Shown: piece by piece, positions 23,789 to 37,463 of the stretch
Layout of the letters: every line of letters begins with the position of its first letter
Position numbering within the stretch: the stretch's first letter is position 1
Position numbers and translations under genes: made by a program
Origin: Haliotis rufescens
Taxonomy: Eukaryota
Direction of reading: 5' to 3'
DNA: 64,000 bases
NCBI RefSeq assembly: GCF_023055435.1
Contig: NW_025963779.1
Coordinates: 18,600,001 to 18,664,000, forward strand
Notes under the pieces: model-generated
Told to the model about the DNA's origin: nothing
The model's input: only the letters and a program-made list of their open reading frames with translations
Database searches by the model: none

Positions 23789-23824
<36 letters not shown>

Positions 23825-25170
23825 TTCTTTATTTCCTCCAGATATTGAAGATACATATCATATATGATATTATGTATAATTACAGAGCTGCACAGTAGTA
23901 CAATTTAACAATATTATGAGGAATGATAACTACAAAATGCATGACAATCAAGCATTCTTATAACTGTTTTGTAACAGATACAGCCATTTCCTACAGTATC
24001 TTGACACAATAACCATAGGGTCACCCCATAGACTTTGAGATAAAGAGCTAACACACTCAGGCATACCGCCAAGTAGTACAGACAGGATTATATCATCGTC
24101 CTCACTACATAGTCTTGCAAATGTAGAGACATCTATCACATCACAAATGGATTCAAATAGTTCATTTCTGTCATTCATATTCAATGCACAATACAAGAAG
24201 ACTTGCTTAATAATATCATGAGCTACAATTCTACATCGACATTCCCTAGATTCTATATTTAGGCATCCCAGCCGTACAAGATGAGACAGGTTTGGGAACT
24301 GTTCAGGACGTTCAAGTGCAAGCAGCCAGAGTCTGTGTTCTTTATCAGTACGTAGCGAAACATATCTATTTAAGTCTAGATATCAGCTTAGAGCATACAG
24401 CTTCCTGGTCTGCAAAAATAATCCTTTCCTTAACAATATCAGACCATGCCTTTTTACTTGGGAAGCTACATTTACTAAGATAATCTTCTATTTCTGCATA
24501 GAGATTGTATTTTTTGACATGTCTAAGCATGTTATATACAGGTGACAAAGCTTTCTGAAGTTATCCAACGCTATTTCGTATCTAAACTGCCCAAGGCGAG
24601 TAACGAATACCTTTTTAAAAACATAGCTGTAACTGGACCGGCGTAGTTTTCCAAGTAGTAACAGTGACTGTTTGTCAATAAAGGATTGGAGAGATATCAA
24701 GCCCATGTTGTCCACAGCAACAGTACCTGATGTACATTTTGGAAGGCCCTGTTATTTTTCTACTGAAATAACGTTGAATAACTTCCAGCATATCGTATTC
24801 TTTGAGGGTTTATAGTCCCCAGACATTACATCCATAGAGCCCGCATGGGAGTATCACTCGTTCCCAGATCCTTTTGCTGGAATTGGATTCATGCCTCCAA
24901 ACTTTAGTCCAGTATCGTTATTACTATTTATTAACATTTTTAACTTTTAACAAGCTAATTGTGTTCGTTCTAAGGAAGACTTATCAGAGCTAATCCTGAC
25001 ACCTGCATATATTATAGATTGCTGAAGTGGAACACACATACTGCCCAAGTACAGTGATTGAAGCAGGTAAATTTACGCTGCACATCAAATATTAGAACAG
25101 CGCTTTTCGTGACATTGTACTTAAGCTGCCATTTATATGCATACTGATTTACAACAAACGTATTTAACCT
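23788..25170 (-). mobile_element. Degenerate LINE 3' fragment (L2/CR1-group-like) with (TATC)n tail
   Basis: Broken frames KWQLKYNVTKSAVLIF, YAGVRI, LYGCNVWG, LEVIQRYF, C-terminal Cys-rich segment; AATAAA and (GATA)n at 23788-23835. Confidence 0.7.
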
Positions 25171-25629
25171 CTGCTGAAACTGGCTACCACACACGTGATT
25201 AAACATTCTACTAGATGCTTTTCATCATGTCTTTCAACATCAGTCTTTCCTCATATACAGATTAAGTTCTACCCATGATGTAGTGGAGGTCATAGAAAAC
25301 AGAGCACGCGGTTGAAAGAAAACATTTTTTATTCTGTATCAATGTACCAGAAGCAACCTGACTCACATTAATACCAGGACAGGTGACACGTTTGTGAACG
25401 ATTTATTATTGTTGATCGTCATGCCGCCTCTGTGGCTGCCCAAACAGCATGTTTGTTCCATGAAGCTTCTCACTGAGATTAGAAACTGGCTACCACAAGC
25501 TCGAGTCATGAAATTGAAATCCTACAATTTGATTGTTGTATTATGAGTGGGTAGATTGTCCAAAGGGACTGTGTCAAGAGGAAAGCATGGAATTACAAAC
25601 CATCAAATTAATGATGGTATAAACATATA

Positions 25630-25904
25630 AGTGTGTGAGTTGTGTTTAACGCCGCTTTTAACATTATTCCAGTTATATCGCGGCGTGTCAGCTTAATGTG
25701 GGAGGAAAGCCCGAAGTGATGCAGGTCTCAGACGTTTACCACTTCGGTGAAACCCACGAGCACGGGTGTGTTGCTGACAAACCTAGAAACATAATCGGGG
25801 CGAACCGGGATTCGAACCCACAATCATAGGTTTCTGGCGTGCCCAAGGGACGCAACTCTGCACAGTGAATCGCGGCGCCTTAGACGGCTGGGCCACCCGT
25901 GCCC
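25630..25904 (-). mobile_element. tRNA-derived SINE, family L
   Basis: Reverse complement of 55461-55744; flanked by tataaacata repeats. Confidence 0.8.
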
Positions 25905-26151
25905 TATATAAACATAAATAAACATAAACATTGATGACGATTTATAATGTATACAATTGGACTTAAATAAATACAAACATATCATAATTTACGTGATACA
26001 GGAATAGATATAGCACTGACTTACGCTCTGTTTCTCTGTGCCAAGCTTTGGGTTCGGTTCCAAATTCAAATTAGCGCATTTAGTCCAAGTCTGTATATCT
26101 CTATATTGAAAACACAGTATATTTATCTTCTAATTCACTCAACAACAGGGA

Positions 26152-29100
26152 TCATTGTAAGATACACGGCAGTAAAACCGCCAAAGTACAAGCTACAGTT
26201 GCAATGAAGAATAAGACAAGGAACAATCTGTCCATCACGACAGCCACCTTCTTCCACTCCTCATTAATGACCTCGGCTTCTTCTTTGTCGATGTCCCGAC
26301 TGTTGATCTCCTTAAGAACTGACAGCTGTTCTTGCATCACTTTTTCCAAGGGCAGTAACTGCTGTTGGTCGGACACAGCAGTTTTGAGAGATTCGAAATT
26401 AGCCACTTCCTTTTGTTTTAACGTGTTGAAATGGTCCTGAAACAATGGAAAGTATAAAATCTTGTAAACACGTTCACGTCCATTTACAACATACATGAAC
26501 CGGCGCATATTCATCGTTTATGATATACATAAACGATAAACACACCATAGAAGCAGTCAAGATACATTGATGTGAGTGGCTCTACTTAGGTTTAAATATG
26601 CTTATAGACAATGTATGTAAAATTCTCTGCATGCAAATTTTATATTGGAGGAAATGTAAACAAGTAATTTCTTCAGGTGTATAAGCATTAAATATACAAA
26701 ATGAACAGTCAAGACATTCGTGCTTGTCAACATTCCTTTGTACATACAAGATCTTTCGCCGTTCAACGGCTCTTCAGGTGTAATGAAAACTTTAACGAAC
26801 ATTGTAGCCATAAGCGATTCACAACAGCACATTTAGATCGTACATTTGGATCTCGAATTTACTGTCTGTGTACAGTGATTCGGTCTTTTAGTTGCATACC
26901 AGTTTCTCCAATATGATGCTCACCACATCCCGCACATGTTGAAACATATGTAACATCTCTACTGTGGCAGTCGTTCATTTTTGCAAAATTCAAATTTACA
27001 GTCTTCAATTATTACAGGGAAAGTTCCACATCGTGGTGTGTGACATTTTGTTGCGCTATAACTACTAGGCTACTCGACCGCCCCTCTAGGCGTGTGACAT
27101 TTCGTGAACACACACACATACACCATCTCCATACACACATCTCCATTAATAAATAGTATCGTAGGTTTTAAACATAGTAGTTACTTTAATGAGGACCAAG
27201 TTTCCTATTACCAACATAATTCATTCGATTTCGAACGATAAATTATCTTAAGTTGTAACGATGTTAAAGTGGACGTTTCTTACCCTATGGCCGTTGACGT
27301 AGACGTCCGTTGTCGTCACTGGGTACACTGATGGTTCTTTCTTCAAACACAGGAACACCGAAAGAGTTCCAAGACATGTCCTCCTGATCCAGCGAGGAAC
27401 TGGGACGCCATGCTGACCTCTGAAGTGCACGTTGAGCACGGTCACTGTGAGGGCCGTCGAGAGGGTCACCAGCAGCAGGACCACGCAGAAGTAGATTCCT
27501 GTGGAAGGATGGAGTATTTAGTTGTCTTAAATCAGGCTGAATGTGTTTGGTGGTTAAAGCGTTCGCTCGTAACACCGAAGGTCTGGGTTCGATTCCCCAC
27601 ATGGGCACAATGTGTGAAGCCTTTTTTTTTAACTGAGACTGAATAGCGTATTTAGAACATACCTATGTAAGGGAAGTTGTCCGACGTTGGCGGTAACGAC
27701 TGGGCGACAAGCAGCATGAACACTGACAGAGACAGCAACACCGTGATTTCAAGCGCCACCTTCTCCCCGGCGTCCGGGGGTAGCAGGAACCCAAGCAGAC
27801 CCACAGCGGAGATCAGTATACAGGGGAACAACAGGTTCACTACGTAAAAGAACGGCTTACGTCGCAGAGAGACGTAGAACGTCACGTCAGGGTAGGGTTC
27901 TGGGCAGCAGCTGTAGAACTGCTCGTGCCGCACCCCTGGGACACTTAGCAGCTCCCACTCCGTGTTGACCTTGTAGTCGGACATGTCCCCTGCCTTGGGG
28001 CCAACGGTGATGTTGATCTGGTGGCCATTGAAGGCCCAGGAACCGAACCGAAGGGCGCATGTTTGGCCATCGAAGGGGAAGTAGGTGACGTCGACGGGAC
28101 AGAGGCTTTCGATGACGGTGGGGAAGTTGTAGCTTGCGGCGCCGTCTGAGGTGAAGGTCGGCCTGTAGTCCTTCAGGCCAATAAGCTCGTCTCCAGCACT
28201 GGGGGAGAATCCAGGAGAATTGTTATGTTTGTTATGGCAACACATAGATCACGCAGGGATGTGGGCACTTAGAAGGGTTTGGAGACATGGTGGTCAATCG
28301 ATGGTTGCTTGATTTTTTTTGATTTTTTTTTTTTTTGGGGGGGGGGGCTTGTTTATTTGTTGTTTAACACCGCACTCAGCAATATTTCTAGCTATATGAC
28401 GACGGTCTGGACCAGACAATCCAGCAATTGCCACAATAAACATCGACTCACGCATTTGCGAAACACTAACATGGAATCAACCAAGTCACCGGGCCTGATA
28501 ACATTATCCATTTAGTCGCCTCGTTATTGTTACCCGGAATCCTCATTGGTCAATATGAGGGACAGCGTTACAAAAAGCCATCACTAATGTGTATCTCACT
28601 CACTTGTCATATAGAGTAATATCCGGGGTCCATACTTTTGCATAGGGGAGGACAAGTTGTGAGATGCCCCCGTACTCGCTGGCGTTCCAGGTCATTTGAC
28701 AGTCATACCAGTTCTGAAACAAACATGTTATGATAAACACAAACATAAACCTATGACAGCAGATGATTCATCTTTACTCTGGGACAAGGCTTGGTGTTCG
28801 TGTGTTGTGTGTATAGAGTGTAGAAACCAGTCGCATCTCGAACAGTGATCGCACAGGTAAATCAGGTAACAATGGGCAGTACGTGTGAGATAAGGTTAAC
28901 AGAAGAACCCCATATCAACTTGAATGGTTGATAAAGAGTGTAACAGCAGTACTAACCAATCGGATCCAGGCGTTGAGTGTCAATATCTGTTTGGGTTCAT
29001 CCTGTAACAGAAGCAAAGGTGCATCTATATTATGATGGCGACAGGGAATTCGAGAAAACCGTGTTTGAACAGGTTTTAATTACAAATGTATATGTATATC

Positions 29101-32100
29101 AGCATGGTTTCTATTTTAAACTAGGAGTAATAACAACCTTCTCTGACAATTGTTTAAATACATCTTCACACAGTGTTGGTGTTGGTTACAATTGTTTTCA
29201 TCTAAGGGTAAAACGTCACGATCCCAATTTAAAGGTTTCAAAATCTTTTGTATTGAAATCCTTATATTACCAACCAAACACAGATTCAACCGTCAATTTA
29301 GCTTACACACTTGCCATACTTTTCGTCTTCCACAAAGACGTATATAAATTTTGTTGTTCACTTCCCATCACTACTGTTTTGTTTCGACATTTTTGTGAGT
29401 GTATATATCCCTAAGGCTTTCACATTTTTTCTGGAAACATATCAAGGAAAAATGGAACACGTATGTGGCTTTTGAATTATATATTTTCTTGATTGATGCA
29501 TGTATCGCATCTTATATCTTAGCCCCATGTCAGAATGTTGAATACTCGGGATATATGTGGTTTTATGCACCCTTGTTAGGTTTTATACCACCAGACTCTG
29601 GCTCGTGATGTGAAAACTTACGCGGGTCGCATAAAACCACATAATCCCCTCGTTATACTGCTACAACGTATAACACATGGACATGTGAAATCAAAATATG
29701 TCGTTCACTTTACATTGGAGAATATAACATGATGACAATAACTGACTTGTAATTGATTTCCGGACGGTAGGGCAGCACGTGCTATATGTGAGCACTCCTG
29801 ATGACATCACTGATTTTCAGAGATCCATTCATTAATTTCCACCACTATTTTGCCTTTTACGCCCAATGGAAACTGTTTCGATGGATAATCGAGACTGGTT
29901 ATTCTCCGTAATTGACGATTTTTAAATCGGGTGTCCCGATCACTGAATGTACAAAAGAACAAAGTAAATAAAAAGATTTGCTGCCCAACAAGACCCATCG
30001 TGGATTAGCTGTCTACTAACCAGCTCCATGATCTATCTGATTACAGACCATCAAGACCTGGTGTGGATTAGCTGTCTACTCACCAGCTCCATGATCTGTC
30101 TGATTACAGACCAACAAGACCCACCGTGGATTAGGTGTCTACTAACAAGCTATATGATCTGTCTGATTATAGACCAACAAGACCTGATGTGGATTAGCTG
30201 TCTACGAACCAGCTCCATGATCTGTCTGATTACAGACCAACGAGACCTGATGTGGATTAGGTGTCTACTAACCAGTTCCATGATCTGTCTGATTACAGAC
30301 CAACAAGACCTGATGTGGATTAGGTCTCTACTAACCAGCTCCATGATCTGTCTGATTACAGACCAACAAGACCTGATGTGGATTAGGTGTCTACTAACCA
30401 GCTCCATGATCTGTCTGATTGCAGGCCAACAAGACCTGATGTGGATTAGGTCTCTACTAACCAGCTCCATGATCTATCTGATTACAGACCAACAAGACCT
30501 GATGTGGATTAGGTGTCTACTAACCAGCTCCATGATCTGTCTGATTGCGATGCCAACTTTGACCTCTATAGGAGCGTCCGCTCCACAGATTGGCCGCACT
30601 TCACTCTTGTAATGAGTAAACAGCTTGTCCAGCAGTGCTTTCTGCTTGCCATGGATTCCTGCCACTGTAGAGAAATATGAAAATGTGTCTTTACTCTATA
30701 CCGCACATTAATATAATAAAATACAACATTATCTTTCTGACGAAACAACAAAAAAATAGCCAGCGTTCTCCAAAAATAAATTCTATAAAACCGTATTTTG
30801 TTGTGTATTGATATGTGGTATTTTAGGTTCAGGAAAAAGCAAGAAGATTTTGTTTAGGAGTATATGTTTTCAGTCGAGATTATGCAGAGAAAAATCCGGT
30901 GTCTTAATCGTTGAATTTAGAGTCCTTTGGTGCGACAACTCACGTTCATTGTTGTCTTTGGTATCATGATATTTCCAAATTCAAATCATGAACCATATTA
31001 TGTCATACAGAGCTTCGATAGGTTGATATCATATCAAATGCAGTCCTACTTAACCCAAAAGCAGAAACAAAATGCATAAATGTCCTCTATATGTTTTCCT
31101 GATTAATATTCTCCAAAATCTCCTCGAACAGATGCTAATATCCATTAACTGTTCAGTATTGTATCTGAATCTATGTATAATTCGTGCAGTGTGTAAACCA
31201 ACAAACGTGGTTGTGATTATGAACACCTTAACCAGCTTATTGTTTCCACAGAATGGGGGAAAAACTAGCCAGTGAAGCTTGTGACGCCCTAACATCAGCA
31301 GTCAGTCATTATGTAAAAAGGCAAAACTATCCAACAATCCAAATTACTTCATACATGAGGTACACAAAACAAAGAAATACTGTTAAAAATCTCCGAAAAC
31401 AAGCACAGGAGAGCTTCCATTGTAATTTAGATGGGGTTTTTATCAACTGTATCCAAAGAAAATAACTCCAACTATTGGAAGATATATTTTGAAGGATTCT
31501 GGTACAAAAACAACTGTACCCCGTTTGGTCACTGGTGTTTCAAGAATGCCAACCGCTTTTTCAGATTCGGAAAGGTCGGAAGCATTTAATAAGTACTTCA
31601 TTTCAGTTACACATAGATGATTTTAACCATGTGTACCTGATACTGATCACATTAGTGGTTGTGAACTCCAAGAGTTTCCTCTTGAACATAACGAAATAAT
31701 CGATTTGAAAAAGTCACTTTATGAAGGAGGAAGCATATACTCCGAAACGAAGTGTTCCTCATAATAAGGAAGTTGACATCCATAATTCCCTTCCTTATTC
31801 GATGGTGATTCATATAACGTGCTAATGATAAAGACAAACCACTTTTCTAAGTGAAGGAGAACAAGAAGGTGAAAGATCCAAGATTCAAATGCATATTAGA
31901 TTATCAAGGATCCTTGTTCCTTGTCAAGCTAACTACCCATGCATGCTACTGCTGGAGATCAAGAAAGAGAACGTTAGAAGACTACTACTTGGAAAAATTA
32001 TTTGTTTTCTGTCTTAAACGTTCGCCAGACACGTGTTGAAAATATGACCGGCAATGTAGTCTACAACAGTGTTTTACTCACCCAGGAGTCCCATGAATAG

Positions 32101-32121
32101 TACCAATCCTACGTCAGCCAT
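26152..32121 (-). CDS. Nicotinic acetylcholine receptor alpha-type subunit, copy B (456 aa, chimeric A/C-like)
   Basis: Exons 32121-32082, 30664-30525, 29001-28957, 28713-28604, 28198-27663, 27498-27284, 26436-26152. Same sizes, phases and motifs as copy A; no stops or frameshifts seen. Confidence 0.93.
29985..30548 (-). repeat. 63-bp minisatellite spanning the exon2/intron2 boundary of nAChR copy B (8 extra units, 9 donor-like sites)
   Basis: Same unit; donor positions from 30525 down to 30021 at 63-bp spacing. Variants GTGAGT (30084) and GTTCGT (30210). Confidence 0.93.
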
Positions 32122-35100
32122 TTCACTTCACATACACTATGTCCCTGTGGGGATGTGTGTTCCGGTCCTCCCAAGTGTTCAGATACAACTAATGACCACA
32201 CAGATTGTGTCATGCCTATAAGTAACGGATTCCAAGGGGCGTTACTGCTAATCATTTCACTGTAAGGTAGTATAACCAACCAAATGTGCAGCATAAATCC
32301 ACCAATTGTCCCTCCTTGTTAAATAATGTTTGTTTTAATTGTTTAAATATATACCCCCAGCAGACGCGACGTGCCTAAATACCAATTAAAGAATTCCCTG
32401 AAACAAAGACATCACAATGGTTTACAGGCGCCGCATGTCAAACCGACGAGTATAGCTTGGAAGTTGATTCAACAATAGCTTTCAGCAGATTCTGTCACAT
32501 CGCCTGCAGCAGTGTCATGACCTATAACAACAAGTGTTGGTCTTTGTACAACGAGTAAGCATATACTCGGAAACGTTGTGTTCCTCATAATAAAGAAGTT
32601 GATATCCATATATTCTCTTCTCTTTTTTTATAACGAATTTATATAAAATAGCATAAGGAATCAATCCATATACTTAAACAGAAGTACAAGCCCATGTTGG
32701 ATCAGTGAAGAAGCCTGATGATGTGGACTACTTGAGTTATAAGTGCGTCTTACCGTTAACACAGTCATCTCAGACTTATAGGATACCAGTGTAAATATTC
32801 AATATTTAATAGGAAGTAAATGTGCAATCATGTACAATATGAAACTATATCTCTATGACAACAAAAATAATGAGGAATGAGAGAAATAATACACGTCACA
32901 GTTGTATCCAACTCTACGAAATGCTTTAGGAATCATATTTCGGCCCTGAATCGAAGTTCCCCATATCAGGCTTCAGTTTAATCCGACGCGATCAGACCAA
33001 ATTAACAAAGGGTCAGGCGTTGGGGGATTAGCGATCCTTTAAAGGGGATTAAAAGTAAACTGAGCTCAGGTAGCTTAAAATGACATACGTCAAAGACAAT
33101 TAAATAACAAAACACATTAAACTAATTAACATACAACGTCTGTCTTTCATCAGCTACATCGATGAGGGAATACTTAAGATACCACCAAATTGCAAGTGAT
33201 GTTACGGACTAGTAATTATTGTTTACCCCTAACATGATGTGCAGAATTCATACACAATAGGATATCCACTCTTGATTGTATGTTATCTGCATTTGGCCCC
33301 GATTGGTTTGGGAATTTGAAACTACAAACTTTCAAATTTCTGAAAATTGCAACCGGTCTTCGTTACTAAATGCCAAAGTTCAAGGTCTACAGTAAATTTG
33401 GAAAAGAATCATGTATAAACTCATCATCATATTTTGGCATATAATTGCAACAAATAAGAAAACCCCAAAATTAACAAACATTTGAATCCAGTTTATCACT
33501 CATAATGGACACCCATGTTGTTGCTAAACTCATATGAGATTAGTTTCGTGAAAAAGCTACTTAATGATTGTGGACTTACTGAATTGTTTGATAACCTGTC
33601 CATATGTTCTTGGTAATGCTTGATAAAAGGACTATTTAAATATCAATATTTGCAAAACTGGCGCAGCTGTATTTTGGAAAATTCAATAGATTTGTACTAC
33701 AAAGAATTAAAAAAAACTTTATCTTTTGAAAATTATCTCGAATCTTCTCCATTAGCGAATTATGTACATTCCCAAAGCAATCAACGAGTGGCCAAATATG
33801 TACAAATATAAAAAATTGTTGTTACCCCAGACTGGGAAAAATTAAAGAATCTTTCAAAATTGTTTAATGGACTTTTTAAACATGTTCCGATAAACATAAT
33901 TTCCAGTTCTGTCACCCTACTTGTATATCTATTGAATGTAAATATGTATGCTCATGTACCACCGTTCGCCCCACCGGTGGCACCCGTCACAAACACATGC
34001 ACAGGCAAGTCAAGACATACTATCTACCTGTTACCTAAACTATTTCTTGTCATGGCCCGATTTGATATTTTCTTTGTTTAGGATAGAATTCCTCATTAAT
34101 GTTTCCCTATTAGACTAAAATCTAGTCTCTGAAATGAACATATCGTACATAAAAAAAACAGTTGTTTAGTTATCTTAATAAAAATATAATAAAAAGGAGC
34201 CCAGTGACTCTCTTCATTCCTGATACTGCAGTGATCTAGACTTGCCAAACATTATAGACTTGCATGGGCTGTATTTGATATATATTTGTATCAGGGTCTG
34301 AAAGACAGACTATTTCCCTATATGTTGTTGACTATAAGAATGTTTTCCCTTTGAGTGGAGGCAGAACATGTAGTTTGGTTTCAATGTTAAATCATTCAAC
34401 TAGCCATAGCATGCAATAATTCAATTTATGAATATTAATACTCTTTATTCTTCAGAGTTCCATAAGCGCTGCAATTATGCGTAAAATATGCAAGCTAAAT
34501 TAGTTTGGAGTTGTTTGCGTACAAATACGCATGACAATATATCTATAATATGTACGTAATTACCTAATGTAGACTTTCAAGCTTGCGAACTATTATTCCT
34601 TGACATGTCTTGACTTACTAACAGCATGCATACATAGTTGAACTCTACCACATTAAATAATGCCCAAAAGTGCCACGCCAAGAAAACATTTTAACTTAAC
34701 CTGTGTATGTGATGTGACACATATGGAGCACCACATAAACAGATGCAAATCAGAAGGTGACACAGCATTTGAAGGCGTTTGTTTTTTGGGGGGTTTTTTT
34801 AGAAAAGGTCCCATTGGTTTAAAAATACCTTGATAGCCTGGACTTAAAAGAATTAAAATAAATATTGAACACAATTAATGCCCAATCAAAGATAACACAT
34901 GAGTACATATGCAATGGCTCAAACAATTATATGGGATTCTATAATTGTACATGTTTTGGCAGAGATTTCTTATGAATGTGGAAAGGGTTTTGCTGCTTAG
35001 GTTAATGTTATGGATGTTTCACATTTGTCCGTTCGTTTGTTTGTACTGCAACAAAAGACCCCTTCTTCCAAATGTGTACTGAGCATTTCAATATCACTTT

Positions 35101-37463
35101 TACAAACAAGTAAACTTTACATTTTGAAAAATTGAAAATTGTCGACAAAGAAGCTCATTTCAATGAAAACTAAAGCGTTTGTAACAGAGAATGTCTGAGG
35201 ATTTTAGAACACCCTAATTGATAATGAATTAAGGTTTTCATGAAACTTCGAAAACAAGAAAACTAGATTATTTGCCACAATGTCAGCTCCTTAGCTGTAT
35301 TTTCAGAAGATTTTCATAACACCCTAATTGACTATGCAGTAAAAGTTGAATTTTAAGAAATTCAAACACTTTGTCATGGTACTTGTTAGAAATAGGGTGT
35401 TTGAAATCAGTCGAAAATCCAATTTTGTCTACCATATGCAAAGTTATGCCAGAGTTAACCCTATATATTTTAAAGTGATTTTATGAAAGGATATTCACCA
35501 AACTATGCAAACCAGACCTCCCATACAAAGCCAACATCTGAGAAAAAGTCTTACCGCTTGTGAACTGTTCATAAACAACGCTTGGTTATCCAATTAATCT
35601 AATTACTTCAATGAGGTATTAAACATCACTTTGTATCCATTTGTCTAATTACTATCATTATCTTATATCATTTTTAATAAGAAAAGAAATAATTCTGAGT
35701 AACTGCGTCCATGAATTGTACTGGGGATCACAGGTATCAGGTAAATATGACTGTGGCATAGCAGTCATACTATTTTGATATTTATGAAAAAACAAAAACA
35801 TTGTATCCAATTATTAGTATGTATTTCAAACAAATTAAGTAGTTTGGCACATGTATTTTCACCTCCCCGTAAACCCATTGGCACAGGTTTCCTGTATTGT
35901 CGCTGCTCCTCTAAAACCTCAGGGTTTATGAAGAAACTGTGTGTGTTTTTACCTTTCATGTATTACCTAATATCATGTTCCAGGAACTTTCAGGTGAGCT
36001 GCAGAAGATCTTCCTATGCTTGTCTCATCTCGTGATTAACACTGTTAACATGATCAGTCCATGAGAACACATGTTATTTGACAATAACAAATAGCCAAAT
36101 ATCCTCAATTTATCCAAGGTTAAATGTTTCAAACAATTTGCTCAATGGATATAACGACGGGCCAATGGAAACTGTTTCAGAATGAATGCTAATGAAAGCG
36201 ACAAAACAATTTCTGTAATCGTAAAAAATGATAAACGTGTGTTTATGCAGTCAGCTGTTCACCTGAACAAGCTAGGAACATATGGTACAAGTTAAAATAT
36301 AGACCAGTGACATATTTTTTGTCACTGGTGCGTCAAATTTAGAAATGACCTCCACGGGTCTGCCATAAATGTTTTGAATGCTGTAACCCTGATCAAAAAC
36401 ATTTGAGCAAGAGTTTTATGACGCTCTTTCGTAGAAAGAGTATGCTAGATTGTCGGTTGTACGATGTTTCGTGACAATATCAGGCCAAATATCATCAATT
36501 AATTAACGTATCATACAATTTACACAGCCGACATAACAATATGCCACTGCACATATTAATAGCAAGGCATCTTGTCCAATACAATATTTTTCAAAAGATA
36601 CTATTTGTATTCTAGTAATATCGCAAATGTGTGTTAACATTTACGAAGAGAAGGAAATGATTTTCAAAACATATTTCTGAAAGTCATCTTCATCATTCAT
36701 TGTTCTCCCAGGGCAAGAATTGATTGTTACAGTTTTGTTTTAGACAGACGACGATGAAGGTCTGCGATCCATCCTGCAGGGACTTTCGATGCCTGGTTGT
36801 TACAAGGTTCGCGTGGCTTTAGAAGAAGACTTCGTTCCTGCCGTAGTAACTGAAGTCGAAGCATACAATATTTGCTTGCCAAAATCTGTTTTCCTATTCT
36901 CATTCATTACCGAGAATTTCATGTGTCGCGGCGACATATGGAGGGTACTGTAGCAGCAAGGAATTCGCTTATGTATGCTCTGCCTTTGGTAAATATGTTA
37001 TTCCGACTTACGCTGATAATAAACATACAGTTACATATTTAAGTGAATATAAAACCTTAAGATGCCTTCGCGAAATAAAGCACCACAAGTGTAAATGGAG
37101 TGACTAAACAAAGAATGCATTTCTCAAAACGTTGAAAGACGTTCAGAAACAGCGTAAAACTCGAGGTACGCCATGTGCTTTTACGTGATTCATTAATACC
37201 CGAAGCTCTAAAATGATCCTAATATCAGCCGGAGTGAAGGATGAACACACAATGTTACGGAGTGAAAGATGTTTTTATTGAAATGTGATGTTAAGACCAG
37301 TTACATACGCGAATTATCTCCTCATCGTATAATCGCCTCCAGACTTGGATGGTCAAAAGCTTGTCAAAGAAACTGTTGCTGCACACGACCTCTGTGGAAC
37401 ATTTAGACCCATTTACAGATTGTATCCTGCAAACAAGTAAACAACCTTCTCCATTGGCTGTCT

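Noticed and set aside
30028-30612. Plus-strand 194-aa and 131-aa (16541-16936) repeat proteins
   Set aside because: They are antisense readings of the 63-bp VNTR and nAChR exon 2; no independent coding evidence.
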